From Candidatus Binatia bacterium (lineage in GTDB: Bacteria > Desulfobacterota > Binatia > Bin18): 55,114 nt of DNA. Below, in pieces: positions 20,532 through 30,783 of the stretch. The position numbers were made by a program, and so were the translations under genes. How positions within the stretch are numbered: the first letter of the stretch is position 1; every line of letters starts with the position of its first letter. Under the pieces are notes generated by a model. It was not told the origin of the DNA, made no database searches, and was given only the letters and a program-made list of their open reading frames with translations. The stretch is taken from assembly GCA_963666315.2 (NCBI GenBank), contig CAXXHG010000017.1, forward strand, positions 1 to 55,114, in the 5' to 3' direction.

Positions 20532-21053
20532 TTACCCTGTCACCTTCTCAACAATCTGATCAAATACCGCATCCGCCCGTCCATGCACTTCTTCTGGTGT
20601 GAGGGGCTGAATGGGATGCTCAACCAGGATGACTTTGAAGTCAGGAAGACCCAATGCTTTCGCTTGTGCGAGTGCGGCATTGGAGAATTCTGTCGTCGCA
20701 AACACAGCCGAGGGGATACCGGCTTTTTCAAAAAATATTCCGTCGTGCACACTGCACGTGGTACACGACCCTCAATCGGCTAGCGCTTCTATCAGGAAGT
20801 CGCACTTTTGGGCCAGCTCTTGGCGAATGTCTTCCGGAGCCGGGCGGGCGAATGTGGGCTTCATGCGCCGGATGATTTCGCGTGGCTGAAAGCGTTCCGT
20901 TAAGATTTCCTCCACCCGGTCTAGGAAGAAGTTGCCTTTGGCTTTGCTAATATCGAGTAAGCCGATGGTCTTACCCTGCAAATCAGCCAGACGGGCAGCG
21001 AGGGCTGCAGTAGCCTGTTTCGGCGCTGCTGTTGGATCGTAGAGTTTTGCCAT
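20532..21053 (-). CDS. UGSC-family selenoprotein (173 aa, Sec94 at TGA 20772-20774)
   Basis: ORFs 20772..21053 and 20532..20750 are in frame; readthrough gives EALAD-U-GSCTTCSVHDG; hairpin directly after TGA; GGGAGG SD. Confidence 0.88.
20742..20769 (-). promoter_or_regulatory. Candidate bacterial SECIS for the UGSC gene
   Basis: mRNA GUCGUGUAC-CACGUGCAGU-GUGCACGAC: 9-bp stem (one G-U) starting 2 nt after UGA. Confidence 0.55.
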
Positions 21054-21172
21054 ATGTTTTCCTCCCTATAAGTAAGCCGGATACAGCAGAGCAAAATCCG
21101 GGAATAAGTTGATCCTGGATTCTGCTAACGCGCCATCCAGGCTACATAGTCTATCCATAGATCTCTTCAAAC

Positions 21173-22243
21173 TTAATGCGTCTCTATGGGCACAGTCACG
21201 AGTTCACTCTGCCCAGCGCCTCCGCCCCAACCGCACATATGCACGGAAAAGCGGCCAGCTGTCCCGCCTGCCACAACAATAATAATCTTGTCTGCTGAGG
21301 CGACCTTCGGGATGAGGGTGAAGTCGTCTGCGGCGTTTAACCAACCGGGTAGGCTCTCTCGCTTAATCCCTTCACTCCCGTCCGGTCCAGGAAGGAGTTC
21401 GTGCAAAGGCCGGCGGACGTTTTCATATAAATAGCGTTTCACATCCTGTTTGCTCATGCCGTCATTAGCAATGCTCTTCGCATGCTCCGGGCCAAGAACC
21501 ACAATATAGTTTCCAGCCAGATAGGTTTTATCACTCCAGCCCACGGCCATGCTGGCACCTAGGGTGTCTAAAATGCCGCGTGCCGTGCGGCTGCCGTGAT
21601 TACTCACACACTGCGGAGCATCGCAGCAATACACGCTGATCGTGCTTTGCTCCTGGTCGTAGCCTTGCTCGACATGCAACGGCTCCCACGGATTCTCTTC
21701 TTCGTACTCGCCAATGCAATAGGTATACTTGCCGGGATGGCCCATGGTCGATTTATCGATTTTACCCGGATGAGCCCCGCCGATATTGATCATGATCAAA
21801 CGCAGCGCCCGTCCGATGGTGGCGTTGGCTCGCCAGCCCGAACCAAATACGCCGGCTGCGCAGTTAATATCGAGCTGCTGACGGATTGGCCCGTTGACAA
21901 TAAACAGCGGCGTTGCCGTGTGTGTCGTGGCCTGCACGCCATGCAGATTGACCCGTTCGTCACACATGACTTGCACGCCTGCGAGAACGACGGGTAAGAA
22001 TTCCGGTTTACAACCGGCCATGACAGCATTCACCGTAATCTTCTCAATTGTCGCTTCGCCAAAGTTCGGCGGCACGAGGGCGACAACCTCATCTGCTGCC
22101 TTTGAGGCAGCGGCCAGCATTTGCTGCATCCGTTCTTCAGTGGGTGGGACAACGGGTAGCCCGTCGGTGACGCCTTGCTCGAAGTAGTATTCGATGGCGT
22201 CGAGTTCTTCGTTCAGACTGTTGGTATTGGTGTCTTGTGGCAT
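21173..22243 (-). CDS. Conserved hypothetical protein of the TDGLPVVPPT type, partner of UGSC proteins
   Basis: TDGLPVVPPTEERM, NAVMAGC, RANATIGRA, MGHPGKY; start moved to ATG 22243 because the longer ORF overlaps the divergent gene. Confidence 0.8.
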   Translation of the reverse strand: MPQDTNTNSLNEELDAIEYYFEQGVTDGLPVVPPTEERMQQMLAAASKAADEVVALVPPNFGEATIEKITVNAVMAGCKPEFLPVVLAGVQVMCDERVNLHGVQATTHTATPLFIVNGPIRQQLDINCAAGVFGSGWRANATIGRALRLIMINIGGAHPGKIDKSTMGHPGKYTYCIGEYEEENPWEPLHVEQGYDQEQSTISVYCCDAPQCVSNHGSRTARGILDTLGASMAVGWSDKTYLAGNYIVVLGPEHAKSIANDGMSKQDVKRYLYENVRRPLHELLPGPDGSEGIKRESLPGWLNAADDFTLIPKVASADKIIIVVAGGTAGRFSVHMCGWGGGAGQSELVTVPIETH

Positions 22244-22351
22244 GATGCTCTTTAACTTTTCTTGGGCTTTCCGCTCGGATAAGCTATACCCCAACCAGGC
22301 AGTTGGTTCAAACAAGCATAAGGGTTTGCCCATCGGACAAGGAGACGTAGC

Positions 22352-23410
22352 ATGTCTAGTGCATTCAACGACTACTATTCGCATGAGGATCACGGCCCAT
22401 TTGAATTGTTCGATCTCGGTAACTTCACGCTGGAAGAGGGCGGGGCGCTTCATGACGGAAAGCTTGCCTATACGACACAGGGGACTCTGAACGCCCAAAA
22501 GGACAATGCCATTCTCCTGCCGACCTGGTACTCGGGAACCAGTAAGATCATGGCCGATGTTCATGTCGGTAAAGGCCGGGCGATTGATCCAGACGAGTAT
22601 TTTGTCATTATCGCCAACCAGCTGGGCAATGGCTTATCAAGTTCGCCGTCAAACACGCCTGTCCCGTTTAATATGGCGCGTTTTCCTCGGGTGCGGATCG
22701 GCGACGATGTGCGCGCCCAGCACAAACTCTTGACCGAGCAGTTTGGCATTGAACGATTGGAACTGGTGTGTGGCGGCTCCATGGGTGCTCAGCAAACCTA
22801 TGAGTGGGCAGTGCGCTATCCCGATATGGTCAAGCGCGCCGCACCGCTCGCAGGGACGGCCAAGAACACGCCGCACGACTTTTTGTATGTGGCGACGCTG
22901 AGTGAAGCGATCACCTCAGATCCCGCCTGGAATAATGGTTGGTATACAGACCCACATGCGGTCCATGTTGGATTACGCCGCCAGGCCCGCCTATGGGGAG
23001 TGATGGGGTTCTGTACCGAGTTGTTCAAGCAGGAACGGTTCCGCGAGCTGGGCTTCTCGTCCACCGAAGATTTCGTGGTCGGTTTTGTAGAAAACTACTT
23101 TCTGCCTATGGACCCGAATAATCTGCTGTGTATGGCCTGGAAATGGCAGCGCGGTGATGTCAGTCGCCATACCGGCGGTGACCTCAAGCAGGCGCTCGAA
23201 CGTATCACTGCGAAAGTATTTATCCTTCCCATAGACGAAGATATGTTCTTTCCTCCACGCGACTGTGAAGCGGAACAGAAACTCATTCCTAACAGCGAGT
23301 TTCGCGTGATACACAGCATATATGGCCACCTCGGGCTGTTTGGCATAGAGCAGGACTATATGAAACAAATCGATCAGCACTTGGGTGAGCTGCTGGCGAT
23401 ACCGGTGTAG
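22352..23410 (+). CDS. Alpha/beta hydrolase, homoserine O-acetyltransferase-like
   Basis: GTLNAQKDNAILLPTWY, GNGLSSSPSN, GGSMGAQ, DMFFPP, YGHL. Confidence 0.85.
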   Translation: MSSAFNDYYSHEDHGPFELFDLGNFTLEEGGALHDGKLAYTTQGTLNAQKDNAILLPTWYSGTSKIMADVHVGKGRAIDPDEYFVIIANQLGNGLSSSPSNTPVPFNMARFPRVRIGDDVRAQHKLLTEQFGIERLELVCGGSMGAQQTYEWAVRYPDMVKRAAPLAGTAKNTPHDFLYVATLSEAITSDPAWNNGWYTDPHAVHVGLRRQARLWGVMGFCTELFKQERFRELGFSSTEDFVVGFVENYFLPMDPNNLLCMAWKWQRGDVSRHTGGDLKQALERITAKVFILPIDEDMFFPPRDCEAEQKLIPNSEFRVIHSIYGHLGLFGIEQDYMKQIDQHLGELLAIPV

Positions 23411-23424
23411 AGTGGTGCCCTCCC

Positions 23425-23486
23425 GTAGGGTGCACCCTGCGCACCGAGAGTGGGGTGTCGGATTACGCTCCGCTAATCCGACCTAC
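23425..23486. repeat. Inverted pair of GTAG-type REP elements (REPIN/BIME-like)
   Basis: GTAGGGTGCACCCTGCGCACC (+) and GTAGGTCGGATTAGCGGAGCGTAATCCGAC (-) between convergent genes. Confidence 0.75.
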
Positions 23487-23536
23487 GAGATTGGCTCCAC
23501 TTAGGTATGCTGCTGGCTATCGATGTGTTGAACTTT

Positions 23537-24988
23537 CTACTCTGCCTTCCCCAAAAATTCCTTCACCCGATTCATATAGCTCGCATTATCAAACTCGAGA
23601 TACAGGCTGGCGGTAATCATGCTCGGATCACCGGCATAGAACATCTCATACAGCTCATGCCGGGACCCAAAATCAGAACCAACAAGATCCCAAGCCAGCT
23701 TGAAGAGTCGGACTTTGTCTTGGGCTGGAATATGCGCGCCGCGATAATATTTTTCTAAGTCCGCACCAGTCGGCCCGTCAAAAGAAGAAAATGTCGCTGG
23801 AAGCTGCATCAGTCCGCCGGCTCCAATCCGGCGCATCATTTCCATGAGGCGTGGGTAAATACGAGGTCCCCAAACCCGTCCGACTTGCAGCGTGGTGAGG
23901 GCAGGGTAGATGGCTCCATTTGAAGGATCAACTTCGGCCTCTTGTTCCGATGCCAAGAGAATGGATTTAATGATCTCAACATAGCTGGCCGCTTCGCCCA
24001 GCATTTCTTGTACTGCGGGTTTGTCTTGTACGCCGATGGCCTCGGCCATGAGGCTGAGCGTGCCGTAGACAAACTCAATCTTGGATAAGAGCCGCGTATT
24101 AGTTTGATGCGCCGCCCATTCCCGGATGCGCGTGCCCGTATACATCTGTCCGACGAGGTTGACGTCTTTATGTAAAAAGACACGCTCCCACGGCACCAGC
24201 ACGTCATCAAAGACGGCCACGGAATCCATTTCGTCAAATCGAGCGCTTAACGGATGATCTTCAACTGGGCCAGGGCGGGCGAAGGATGCACGGCAAATAA
24301 TATTAAGTCCTGGTGAGGCGACCGGGATAATAAAGACTATGGCGTAACGTGACTCGGCCTCCGTCAGCGTCGGCGGAAACGGCCAGGCCAGAATCTCGTC
24401 CGCGAACGGAGCAGCGGTGGCGATCATTTTCCCGCCCCGAATGACTAAACCCTCGGAAGTCTCGTCAACGATGCCGAGACACTGATACGGGTCGTCCTGC
24501 TCAGCACGGTTTTTCGAGCGGTCTACTTGAGGGTCGACCAATGTATGCGTGAGAAAGAGATCGTTCTCACGGCAGTGCTCATAGTATGCGAGGGCGCGCT
24601 GCGTACATTCCGCGCCTTGCTGGGCAAAATAGTCAGCTTTGGCCGCCCAGGCCGTAACCATAGTATTGAGAAAATCCGCACTGCGACCCATCATGCCGCA
24701 GGTCGCATCAGCCCAGACTTTGACCATCTGTCGCCGCCGAACCAAATCTTCCTGGCTGCGGGGAATTAAAAAGGACAACCCAACCGGATCGCCGCTGGTC
24801 GGAGACGGATAGCAAAACCGCTCCTGAAAGGCCGGATCGTGCTGCATGTCGTAGAGCTGGGCAATGCTTTCAATAGCAGGCCGAAAGGCGGGATGCGTTG
24901 TCACATCCTCAACCCGTTCATTGCCGAGCCAGATTTCGCGATCATCGTGAAGGCCTTGGATGAATTCTGCTCCCGTGCGTGCACCCAT
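23537..24988 (-). CDS. hpaB: 4-hydroxyphenylacetate 3-monooxygenase oxygenase-component family (HpaB-like)
   Basis: DVTTHPAF, GMMGRSADF, DPQVDRS, RGGKMIAT, PLSARFDEMD, VLVPWERVF, SRHELYEMF; true substrate not determinable. Confidence 0.85.
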   Translation of the reverse strand: MGARTGAEFIQGLHDDREIWLGNERVEDVTTHPAFRPAIESIAQLYDMQHDPAFQERFCYPSPTSGDPVGLSFLIPRSQEDLVRRRQMVKVWADATCGMMGRSADFLNTMVTAWAAKADYFAQQGAECTQRALAYYEHCRENDLFLTHTLVDPQVDRSKNRAEQDDPYQCLGIVDETSEGLVIRGGKMIATAAPFADEILAWPFPPTLTEAESRYAIVFIIPVASPGLNIICRASFARPGPVEDHPLSARFDEMDSVAVFDDVLVPWERVFLHKDVNLVGQMYTGTRIREWAAHQTNTRLLSKIEFVYGTLSLMAEAIGVQDKPAVQEMLGEAASYVEIIKSILLASEQEAEVDPSNGAIYPALTTLQVGRVWGPRIYPRLMEMMRRIGAGGLMQLPATFSSFDGPTGADLEKYYRGAHIPAQDKVRLFKLAWDLVGSDFGSRHELYEMFYAGDPSMITASLYLEFDNASYMNRVKEFLGKAE

Positions 24989-25081
24989 AGTGTTTGTATA
25001 CACGCCTGGAAAAGAATTATGCAACGCTAAAAATGCTTGGGCGGCTTAGAGCTGCGTACCAGCGCCCGATAGCGGCAGTAC

Positions 25082-25113
25082 AAAAAAATGGCCTCCCGGT
25101 TGGGGAGGCCATT
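25082..25113 (-). terminator. Rho-independent terminator of the amidohydrolase gene
   Basis: AATGGCCTCCC-GGTTG-GGGAGGCCATT with an A-run on + (U-tail on -). Confidence 0.8.
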
Positions 25114-25140
25114 CGTGTCCTGACTGTAAACCCTGCTGTA

Positions 25141-26892
25141 TCAGGCGTGCCCATGCCGGAGGAGCTTGCCCGGGGTTGCTCCCGTGCATATTCCATCCTC
25201 AAACGTTACCTCGCCATTGACCATGATGGCGTGATAGCCCTTGGCCCGTTGGATTCGACGCCACTCGTTTCCGGGAAAGTCGTGGGTGACTTCGCCTATC
25301 CAGTCGGGGTCGATATCGAGCTCATCCAGATTGTACACAACCACGTCGGCGGCGGCTCCTTCGCGCAGGATGCCCCGGTCGCGGAAGCCTGCGGCGTGGG
25401 CCGGCAGGGCTGACAGCCGATAATGTGCCTCCTCTAGGCTGATCTTTTTTTCATCTCGGACGAGCCAGCGCAAGAAGTCAGTGGTAAACGCACCTCCAGT
25501 AAAGAACTTGGTGTGCGCACCACCGTCTGACACGCCGGGGAAGGTGTATTCTGAGTCAGTGAACATCTCAGCGTTGAAGTCAGCGTTAGAGCCCCGGTCG
25601 GGACCCAAGAATTCAACATTCAGGTCCCCGGCAACCGACAGATCCAGCATCACATCGACGGGCGTCTTGCCCTCTTCCTCGCCAATTTCGCCCAGCGACT
25701 TCCCCACGTATTTCTCCAACTCAGGTTGGTCGTTTACACTTTGCACAATAAGACGGTGAATGGAGCCGCCGACCCCGGCCTGAATAGCCCGGAGCTTGCG
25801 ATTGGCCTTCTCCGTTTCACGATTGACGGCGTCCCGCAACTCAGGATCCTGCATCTTGGCCAGCTTCTCTTCCTTTGTCCCCGTGGTCAGGGCACGCCAG
25901 GCGCGGCTGGCGTCGTACAAATTCCAGTGTTCAAGCGTGAAGGCAAAACCGCTCCGGATGGTGCCGGTCTGACCAAAGATGGGCAGGCCCTTTGCGCGGC
26001 AGCGTTCCAGCCAATCCAGACTGCGGCGGTGGATTTTAGGATCCTTACGGGCGGCGATGATGGCGTTATGTAGTATCGGCCGCTTGGCTGTGTCGGCCAG
26101 CTTTTCCAAGAAGGCGAGGTCTTCTTTGATACGCCCGGTAGCCTGGGTGACCTGGATAAAACCCTCGTCGCGATCGCGCAGCACCTCGGCCAAACACAAG
26201 ATATCCTTATCGCACATGGTATCAGTCACCATGGGTGAGCCATCATAGTCGGCCTGGGTGGAGTTAGGACCCAGCCTCTGGATAGAAAAGCCGCACAAAC
26301 CGGCATCCATGCCCTCATTCAGCAGCCGCTGCATTTCCTGACGCTCGGCCGCAGTAGCCGGCCGGCTCTTGGCAGCTTCGAGTCCCATGACATAGGTCAT
26401 CAGCGAGGCCGTGGGCATGTATTGAATGCAGTTCACGCCCTTAGGCGCATGATCTAAAGAATCCAGATACTCAGGGATGGTCTCCCAGTCCCATTCCATG
26501 CCGGCCTGCATGGACGCGTAGGGGATCGCTTCTGTGCGCGTCATGGTGAGCATGGACCGGTCGCGAAAATCAGGTTTAACCGGGGCAAAGCCAAAACCGC
26601 AGTTGCCGAGGATAACCGAGGTTACGCCGTGCCAGCCCGAGATGGTGCAATACGGGTCCCAGCGAATCTGGGCATCGTAATGGGTATGCAGATCGATAAA
26701 CCCAGGCGCAACGATCAGACCGTCCGCGTCGATCACCTGTTTGGAAGATCCGGGTGAGCGTCCGCCGATCTGGGCAATCTTGCCGTCGTGTATCCATACG
26801 TCGGCTATGTAGCGTGGGACCCGTGTCCCATCGACAACGGTTCCGCCTTTGATGTGGATATCAAAATCAGTCGCAGCCGTTTTCGCAGTCAT
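25141..26892 (-). CDS. N-acyl-D-amino-acid deacylase family amidohydrolase
   Basis: GGTVVDGT, APGFIDLHTHYDAQ, HGVTSVILGNCG, SDGGAH. Confidence 0.92.
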   Translation of the reverse strand: MTAKTAATDFDIHIKGGTVVDGTRVPRYIADVWIHDGKIAQIGGRSPGSSKQVIDADGLIVAPGFIDLHTHYDAQIRWDPYCTISGWHGVTSVILGNCGFGFAPVKPDFRDRSMLTMTRTEAIPYASMQAGMEWDWETIPEYLDSLDHAPKGVNCIQYMPTASLMTYVMGLEAAKSRPATAAERQEMQRLLNEGMDAGLCGFSIQRLGPNSTQADYDGSPMVTDTMCDKDILCLAEVLRDRDEGFIQVTQATGRIKEDLAFLEKLADTAKRPILHNAIIAARKDPKIHRRSLDWLERCRAKGLPIFGQTGTIRSGFAFTLEHWNLYDASRAWRALTTGTKEEKLAKMQDPELRDAVNRETEKANRKLRAIQAGVGGSIHRLIVQSVNDQPELEKYVGKSLGEIGEEEGKTPVDVMLDLSVAGDLNVEFLGPDRGSNADFNAEMFTDSEYTFPGVSDGGAHTKFFTGGAFTTDFLRWLVRDEKKISLEEAHYRLSALPAHAAGFRDRGILREGAAADVVVYNLDELDIDPDWIGEVTHDFPGNEWRRIQRAKGYHAIMVNGEVTFEDGICTGATPGKLLRHGHA

Positions 26893-26935
26893 TCTATTGT
26901 TCCCTCCTCTTGTTGTGGGTAGAGACTATGTACAT

Positions 26936-27436
26936 CTATAAATCATATTGGCTATGCACGACAAGAGACGCGTTCCCCCGTGTATCCTTCGCGAGCGTGC
27001 TCTCAATAGGATCATGGCTCGGAAAGCCCATCTGAACCCTGCGGCGGAAGTTCTTCAGCAGCGGTTGGCGCTGGAAAAAATATAGATGCGAAACACAGGT
27101 GCAGTCTGAGGCACCAAAGCCGGGTAGGGGAATCGATGCTCCCCGCATGTTGCCAAAGACAGCAGCCCAGGAATGTTCCCGGTGGACGGGGTCGTGGGTG
27201 TACCAGACCTGTTTGAGTTCGGCCGTCTGGCGCAGATAGTCAATGTGCCAATGCGGACATTCGGAAATCTTCGCATGATGCCTGACCCGTGCCCGCACAC
27301 CACCCGGCCCAAATGCGCTGCCAACGTAAACATAGAAGCCAGGGCGGGCCGACAGCCGGTCAAGCCGACCGATTTGGACGTCTTGCTGGTGCATTGCCCG
27401 CAGGATCAGCGCGTAGGTGCCGGGATGAGAATTCAT
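26936..27436 (-). CDS. GIY-YIG superfamily nuclease (DUF123/Uri type)
   Basis: GTYAL, GFYVYVGSAFGPGG..R..HH, HWHIDYL, GFGASDC.C.SHL. Confidence 0.88.
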   Translation of the reverse strand: MNSHPGTYALILRAMHQQDVQIGRLDRLSARPGFYVYVGSAFGPGGVRARVRHHAKISECPHWHIDYLRQTAELKQVWYTHDPVHREHSWAAVFGNMRGASIPLPGFGASDCTCVSHLYFFQRQPLLKNFRRRVQMGFPSHDPIESTLAKDTRGNASLVVHSQYDL

Positions 27437-27480
27437 TTTTTATGACTATTCAGGATTTGGAATAAAAATAGCGCTTTCGT

Positions 27481-27565
27481 GTCGTTGCGAGGGAGCATAG
27501 CGACCATGGCAATCTCACTAGCCCGTACAAGTCCCCGAGATTGCTTCGCTACACTCGCAATGACG
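27481..27565. repeat. CGTC-type REP doublet (composite palindrome)
   Basis: GTCGTTGCGAG...GCAATCTC spacer GAGATTGCTTCGCTACACTCGCAATGACG, two inverted units. Confidence 0.75.
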
Positions 27566-27616
27566 TGTACGGCGAGTTTCCAAACATCCTCTAACCGCTG
27601 TCCCAGAGGCTCTGAA

Positions 27617-27652
27617 ACAAAAACGCCTTCCCCCATGCAGAGGGAAGGCGTT
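27617..27652 (-). terminator. Rho-independent terminator of the LLM gene
   Basis: AACGCCTTCCC...GGGAAGGCGTT stem with an A-rich flank on +. Confidence 0.75.
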
Positions 27653-27694
27653 CTGTTATAAGAGAATTCTTCTCTCGATTATTTTCAAGGTGTT

Positions 27695-28798
27695 TTAGGC
27701 CACTGCTTTTTCACCCAGACGCTGCAGCTGAGGCGCGACTTCGCTCGCGAATAGACGCATGCTCTGCTCACTCTCCTCGTAGGGCATGCCGCCATAACTG
27801 AACACGCCAGTGAATGAGTCACAGCCTACTTTGGAGCGAATGTCGAGCACTTTCTCCAAGCATTGATCCGGCGTGCCCCAGACCTGGAGGTTGAGAAAGA
27901 AATCTGTGATGCCGTCGACGCCAGCACCGCCCAGGGTTTCTGACATCTTGCCATAGAACTCGTAGCCTTTGGTTTTTGCGAAGTGATCGCCACCAAACTC
28001 GTAATGCTTGAGAGCCGATTGCCAGTACGCGCCAATATAACGCCGCGCCATCTCTTCGGCCCGTCCGGCGTCCTTATCACAGAAAACCCAGCCCGCGCCA
28101 ACCGGCGGCGGTGCGTCGGTCCCGTTCACCTCACGATATACTGTGCGGTAGGTATTGAGTTCAACAGCCACATCTTCCCACGGTTTCTGCGGAATGATGA
28201 GGATGCCGATACCCAAGCGGGCCATGATCTCTGAGGATTCAGGCGAAACAGCGGCTGCATACGTACGCCCTTTGAAGGACCTGAACGGCTTGGGTCGGAT
28301 GTCCTTACGTGGCTGGGTGAGGAATTTTCCGTTATACTCGCAGTAACCCTGCTCGAGACCGGTTAGGACCATATCGGCCGCCTCGACAAAGCGTTCTCGC
28401 GACTCCCCCATGTCCAGGCGAAACCCATCGAATTCGACTTTCCCAGCACCACGGCCCATACCGAGGATGAGACGGCCGTCACACAGATCGTCCAGCATGG
28501 CGATCTGCTCTGCCACCCGCATCGGGTCGTGCCAAGGAAGAACAACCACCATTGAGCCGAGTTTGATGTTCTTGGTCCGTCCGGCCATATAGGTCAAAAA
28601 CTGCAGGACGTCGGGAACCATGGTGTAGTCGGTAAAGTGGTGCTCTACGCTCCAAATCGAGTCGAAGCCGAGCGGTTCGGCCAAGTCGGCGAGACGGATT
28701 TCGTTTTTATAGACCTCGTAATCCGAGATTTTCTGGTCCGGGTTTTGGCAAATCGTTGCCATACCAACCTGCATAGGGCTGTCTTGGGTTGTCTGCAT
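27695..28798 (-). CDS. LLM class flavin-dependent oxidoreductase
   Basis: AEPLGFDSIWSVEHHF, PWHDPMRVAEQIAMLD, GRLILGMGRG; ATG 28798 after AAGGAGG. Confidence 0.92.
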   Translation of the reverse strand: MQTTQDSPMQVGMATICQNPDQKISDYEVYKNEIRLADLAEPLGFDSIWSVEHHFTDYTMVPDVLQFLTYMAGRTKNIKLGSMVVVLPWHDPMRVAEQIAMLDDLCDGRLILGMGRGAGKVEFDGFRLDMGESRERFVEAADMVLTGLEQGYCEYNGKFLTQPRKDIRPKPFRSFKGRTYAAAVSPESSEIMARLGIGILIIPQKPWEDVAVELNTYRTVYREVNGTDAPPPVGAGWVFCDKDAGRAEEMARRYIGAYWQSALKHYEFGGDHFAKTKGYEFYGKMSETLGGAGVDGITDFFLNLQVWGTPDQCLEKVLDIRSKVGCDSFTGVFSYGGMPYEESEQSMRLFASEVAPQLQRLGEKAVA

Positions 28799-28851
28799 AC
28801 TGAATAACCTCCTTTTTTCTCTACAATAGGAATATGGGCGGCCTATCGGCA

Positions 28852-28871
28852 ACTGAACGGAAACGTTCAGT
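28852..28871. promoter_or_regulatory. Candidate operator palindrome in a divergent promoter region
   Basis: ACTGAACG-GAAA-CGTTCAGT; partial second copy GAACGGAAAC at 28897-28906. Confidence 0.45.
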
Positions 28872-29031
28872 CCATGGATTCCTCAATCTATAGGGCGAAC
28901 GGAAACACTGTCAACATGCGAGGCTATGCATATCCTTACAAGATAGGCAAAGCTTGACGGGCAGTTTGCGAACGGTATAGGGAATAAGAGAGCAGCCAGA
29001 AATAGTAGGTTACGAAGCAGGGGAGAATTTC

Positions 29032-30713
29032 ATGTCCTACGATCTTGTGATTAAGAATGGCACAGTGGTTGATGGTACCGGCGCGCAGCCTGTCCAGGCT
29101 GATATCGCTGTCGCAGATGGCAAGATTGTCGAAATTGGAAAAATCACCGAAGGCGCGAAAAAAGTCATTGACGCGTCTGATTTGACTGTCACACCCGGAT
29201 TCATTGACCATCATACGCACTATGACGCCCAGATCTGCTGGGACCCGCTTGTGTCTCCTTCGTCATGGCACGGTGTGACCAGCGTCATCATGGGTAACTG
29301 CGGCGTGGGCCTGGCTCCTTGCAAGCCTGATGTACGTGAAATCGCGACGTGGGACTTAGTCAATGTCGAAGCGATTCCGTTTGACGTGCTAGCCAAAGGC
29401 GTGACCTGGGAGTGGGAAACGTTTCCCGAGTATATGGACGCGGCAGCCAAGCGTGGCTCCGGAATCAACCTCGGCTTTATGGCTCCACTCACACCGTTTC
29501 GACACTATGTGATGGGTGAAGAGTCTATGGATCGGGCGGCTACACCGGAGGAGACGGTCCAGATTGCGGCCTTATTACGAGAGGCCATGGATGCCGGTGC
29601 GTTCGGCTTCTCTACCACCAACGGCCCACAGCATATTGGTTATCAGGGCCGTCCGCTCGCTTGTCGGCTGGCGAGCCGCGAAGAGTTGTCGGCGTATGGC
29701 GGGGTGCTGAAAGAACTTGGACGAGGCACGATTGAGCTTGCGCTCAACGATCAGCCCGGTGTGGTGACTGAGAGTGACTACGCTTTGCTCGACCACTTAG
29801 GCACCGCGAGCAACCGACCCGTTACCTGGCTGGCCATGCTGTCGCGAGACGACAAACCCGACGTCTGTATGCAGACGCTGAAGCAGACTGAGCCGCTCAT
29901 TAAACGCGGCATTGTCCCCCAAGTGACCTGCAGGCCGTTGAGTGTTCAGGTTAATCTGCGCAATCCGTTTATTTTTGCGAACCTGGAGTGTTGGAACCCG
30001 GCGTTTAATAAATCTGCAGAAGAGCAGATGAAGCTGTATCGTAATCTGGACTTTCGCCAAGCTTGGCGTCAAACGTTTGAGGAACCACGTGTCTTCCCTG
30101 GCAAGTGGGACCGGGTTGATATCCAGGACGTCAGCAACCCGGCGCTCAAGAAGTACGAAGGCAAAACGGTTGACGATGTGGCCCGCGAACGTGGCAAGAC
30201 CGGTCTGGATACCTTCCTCGATTTAGCTATCGAGGATGACCTCAATATCCAGTACACGATGGCGCTGTTTAATGCTGATGAGAACCGCGTCGCCGAACTC
30301 ATCACACACCCAAATACGATGATCGGCCTGTCCGACGGCGGAGCGCATGTGGACATGCTGTGTGACGCCGGTTACTGCACCTATTTGCTAGGTACCTGGG
30401 TGCGCGAAAAGCAGGCTCAGGCCGATAGAGCGTTCGGTCCAACGTATTACCTCAGAAACGGCCCAAATTCTTTGGTGTGCCGAATCGAGGTCTACTCGGC
30501 CCGGGCATGGCGGCCGACATTGTCGTTTTTGATGCGAATACGATCGGCTCGCCCAAGCGACCGGAGATGCGTTATGACCTGCCCGGTGGTGGACGGCGTC
30601 TTGTCGTGCCCGCCTACTGTGTCATGCATACCGTGGTGAATGGTGAGGTGTTATACGCAGACCAGCAGCATACCGGCAGCCTGCCGGGTCAGGTATTGCG
30701 CGCAGGTCAATAA
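29032..30713 (+). pseudogene. N-acyl-D-amino-acid deacylase family amidohydrolase, frameshifted near the C-terminus
   Basis: HTHYDAQ, GNCG, SDGGAH in 29032..; expected IERSVQRITSE appears in the +1 frame (about 30420) and FFGVPNRG..ADIVVFD..VNG in the +2 frame (about 30467-30713). Confidence 0.8.
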
Positions 30714-30750
30714 AAAGATCTCTGCCAGGGCTGTCTAAGTGTCGTGAGAC

Positions 30751-30777
30751 AAGCTCCCCTCCGATGAGAGGAGTTTT
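30751..30777. terminator. Possible terminator between convergent genes
   Basis: AAGCTCCCCTC-CGAT-GAGAGGAGTTTT imperfect stem with T-run. Confidence 0.45.
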
Positions 30778-30783
30778 ATGGAA

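Noticed and set aside
22352-23410. Assigning metX to the homoserine acetyltransferase-like gene
   Set aside because: It has PTWYSG instead of the HALTG/HALSG motif of bona fide MetX, so only the fold family is supported
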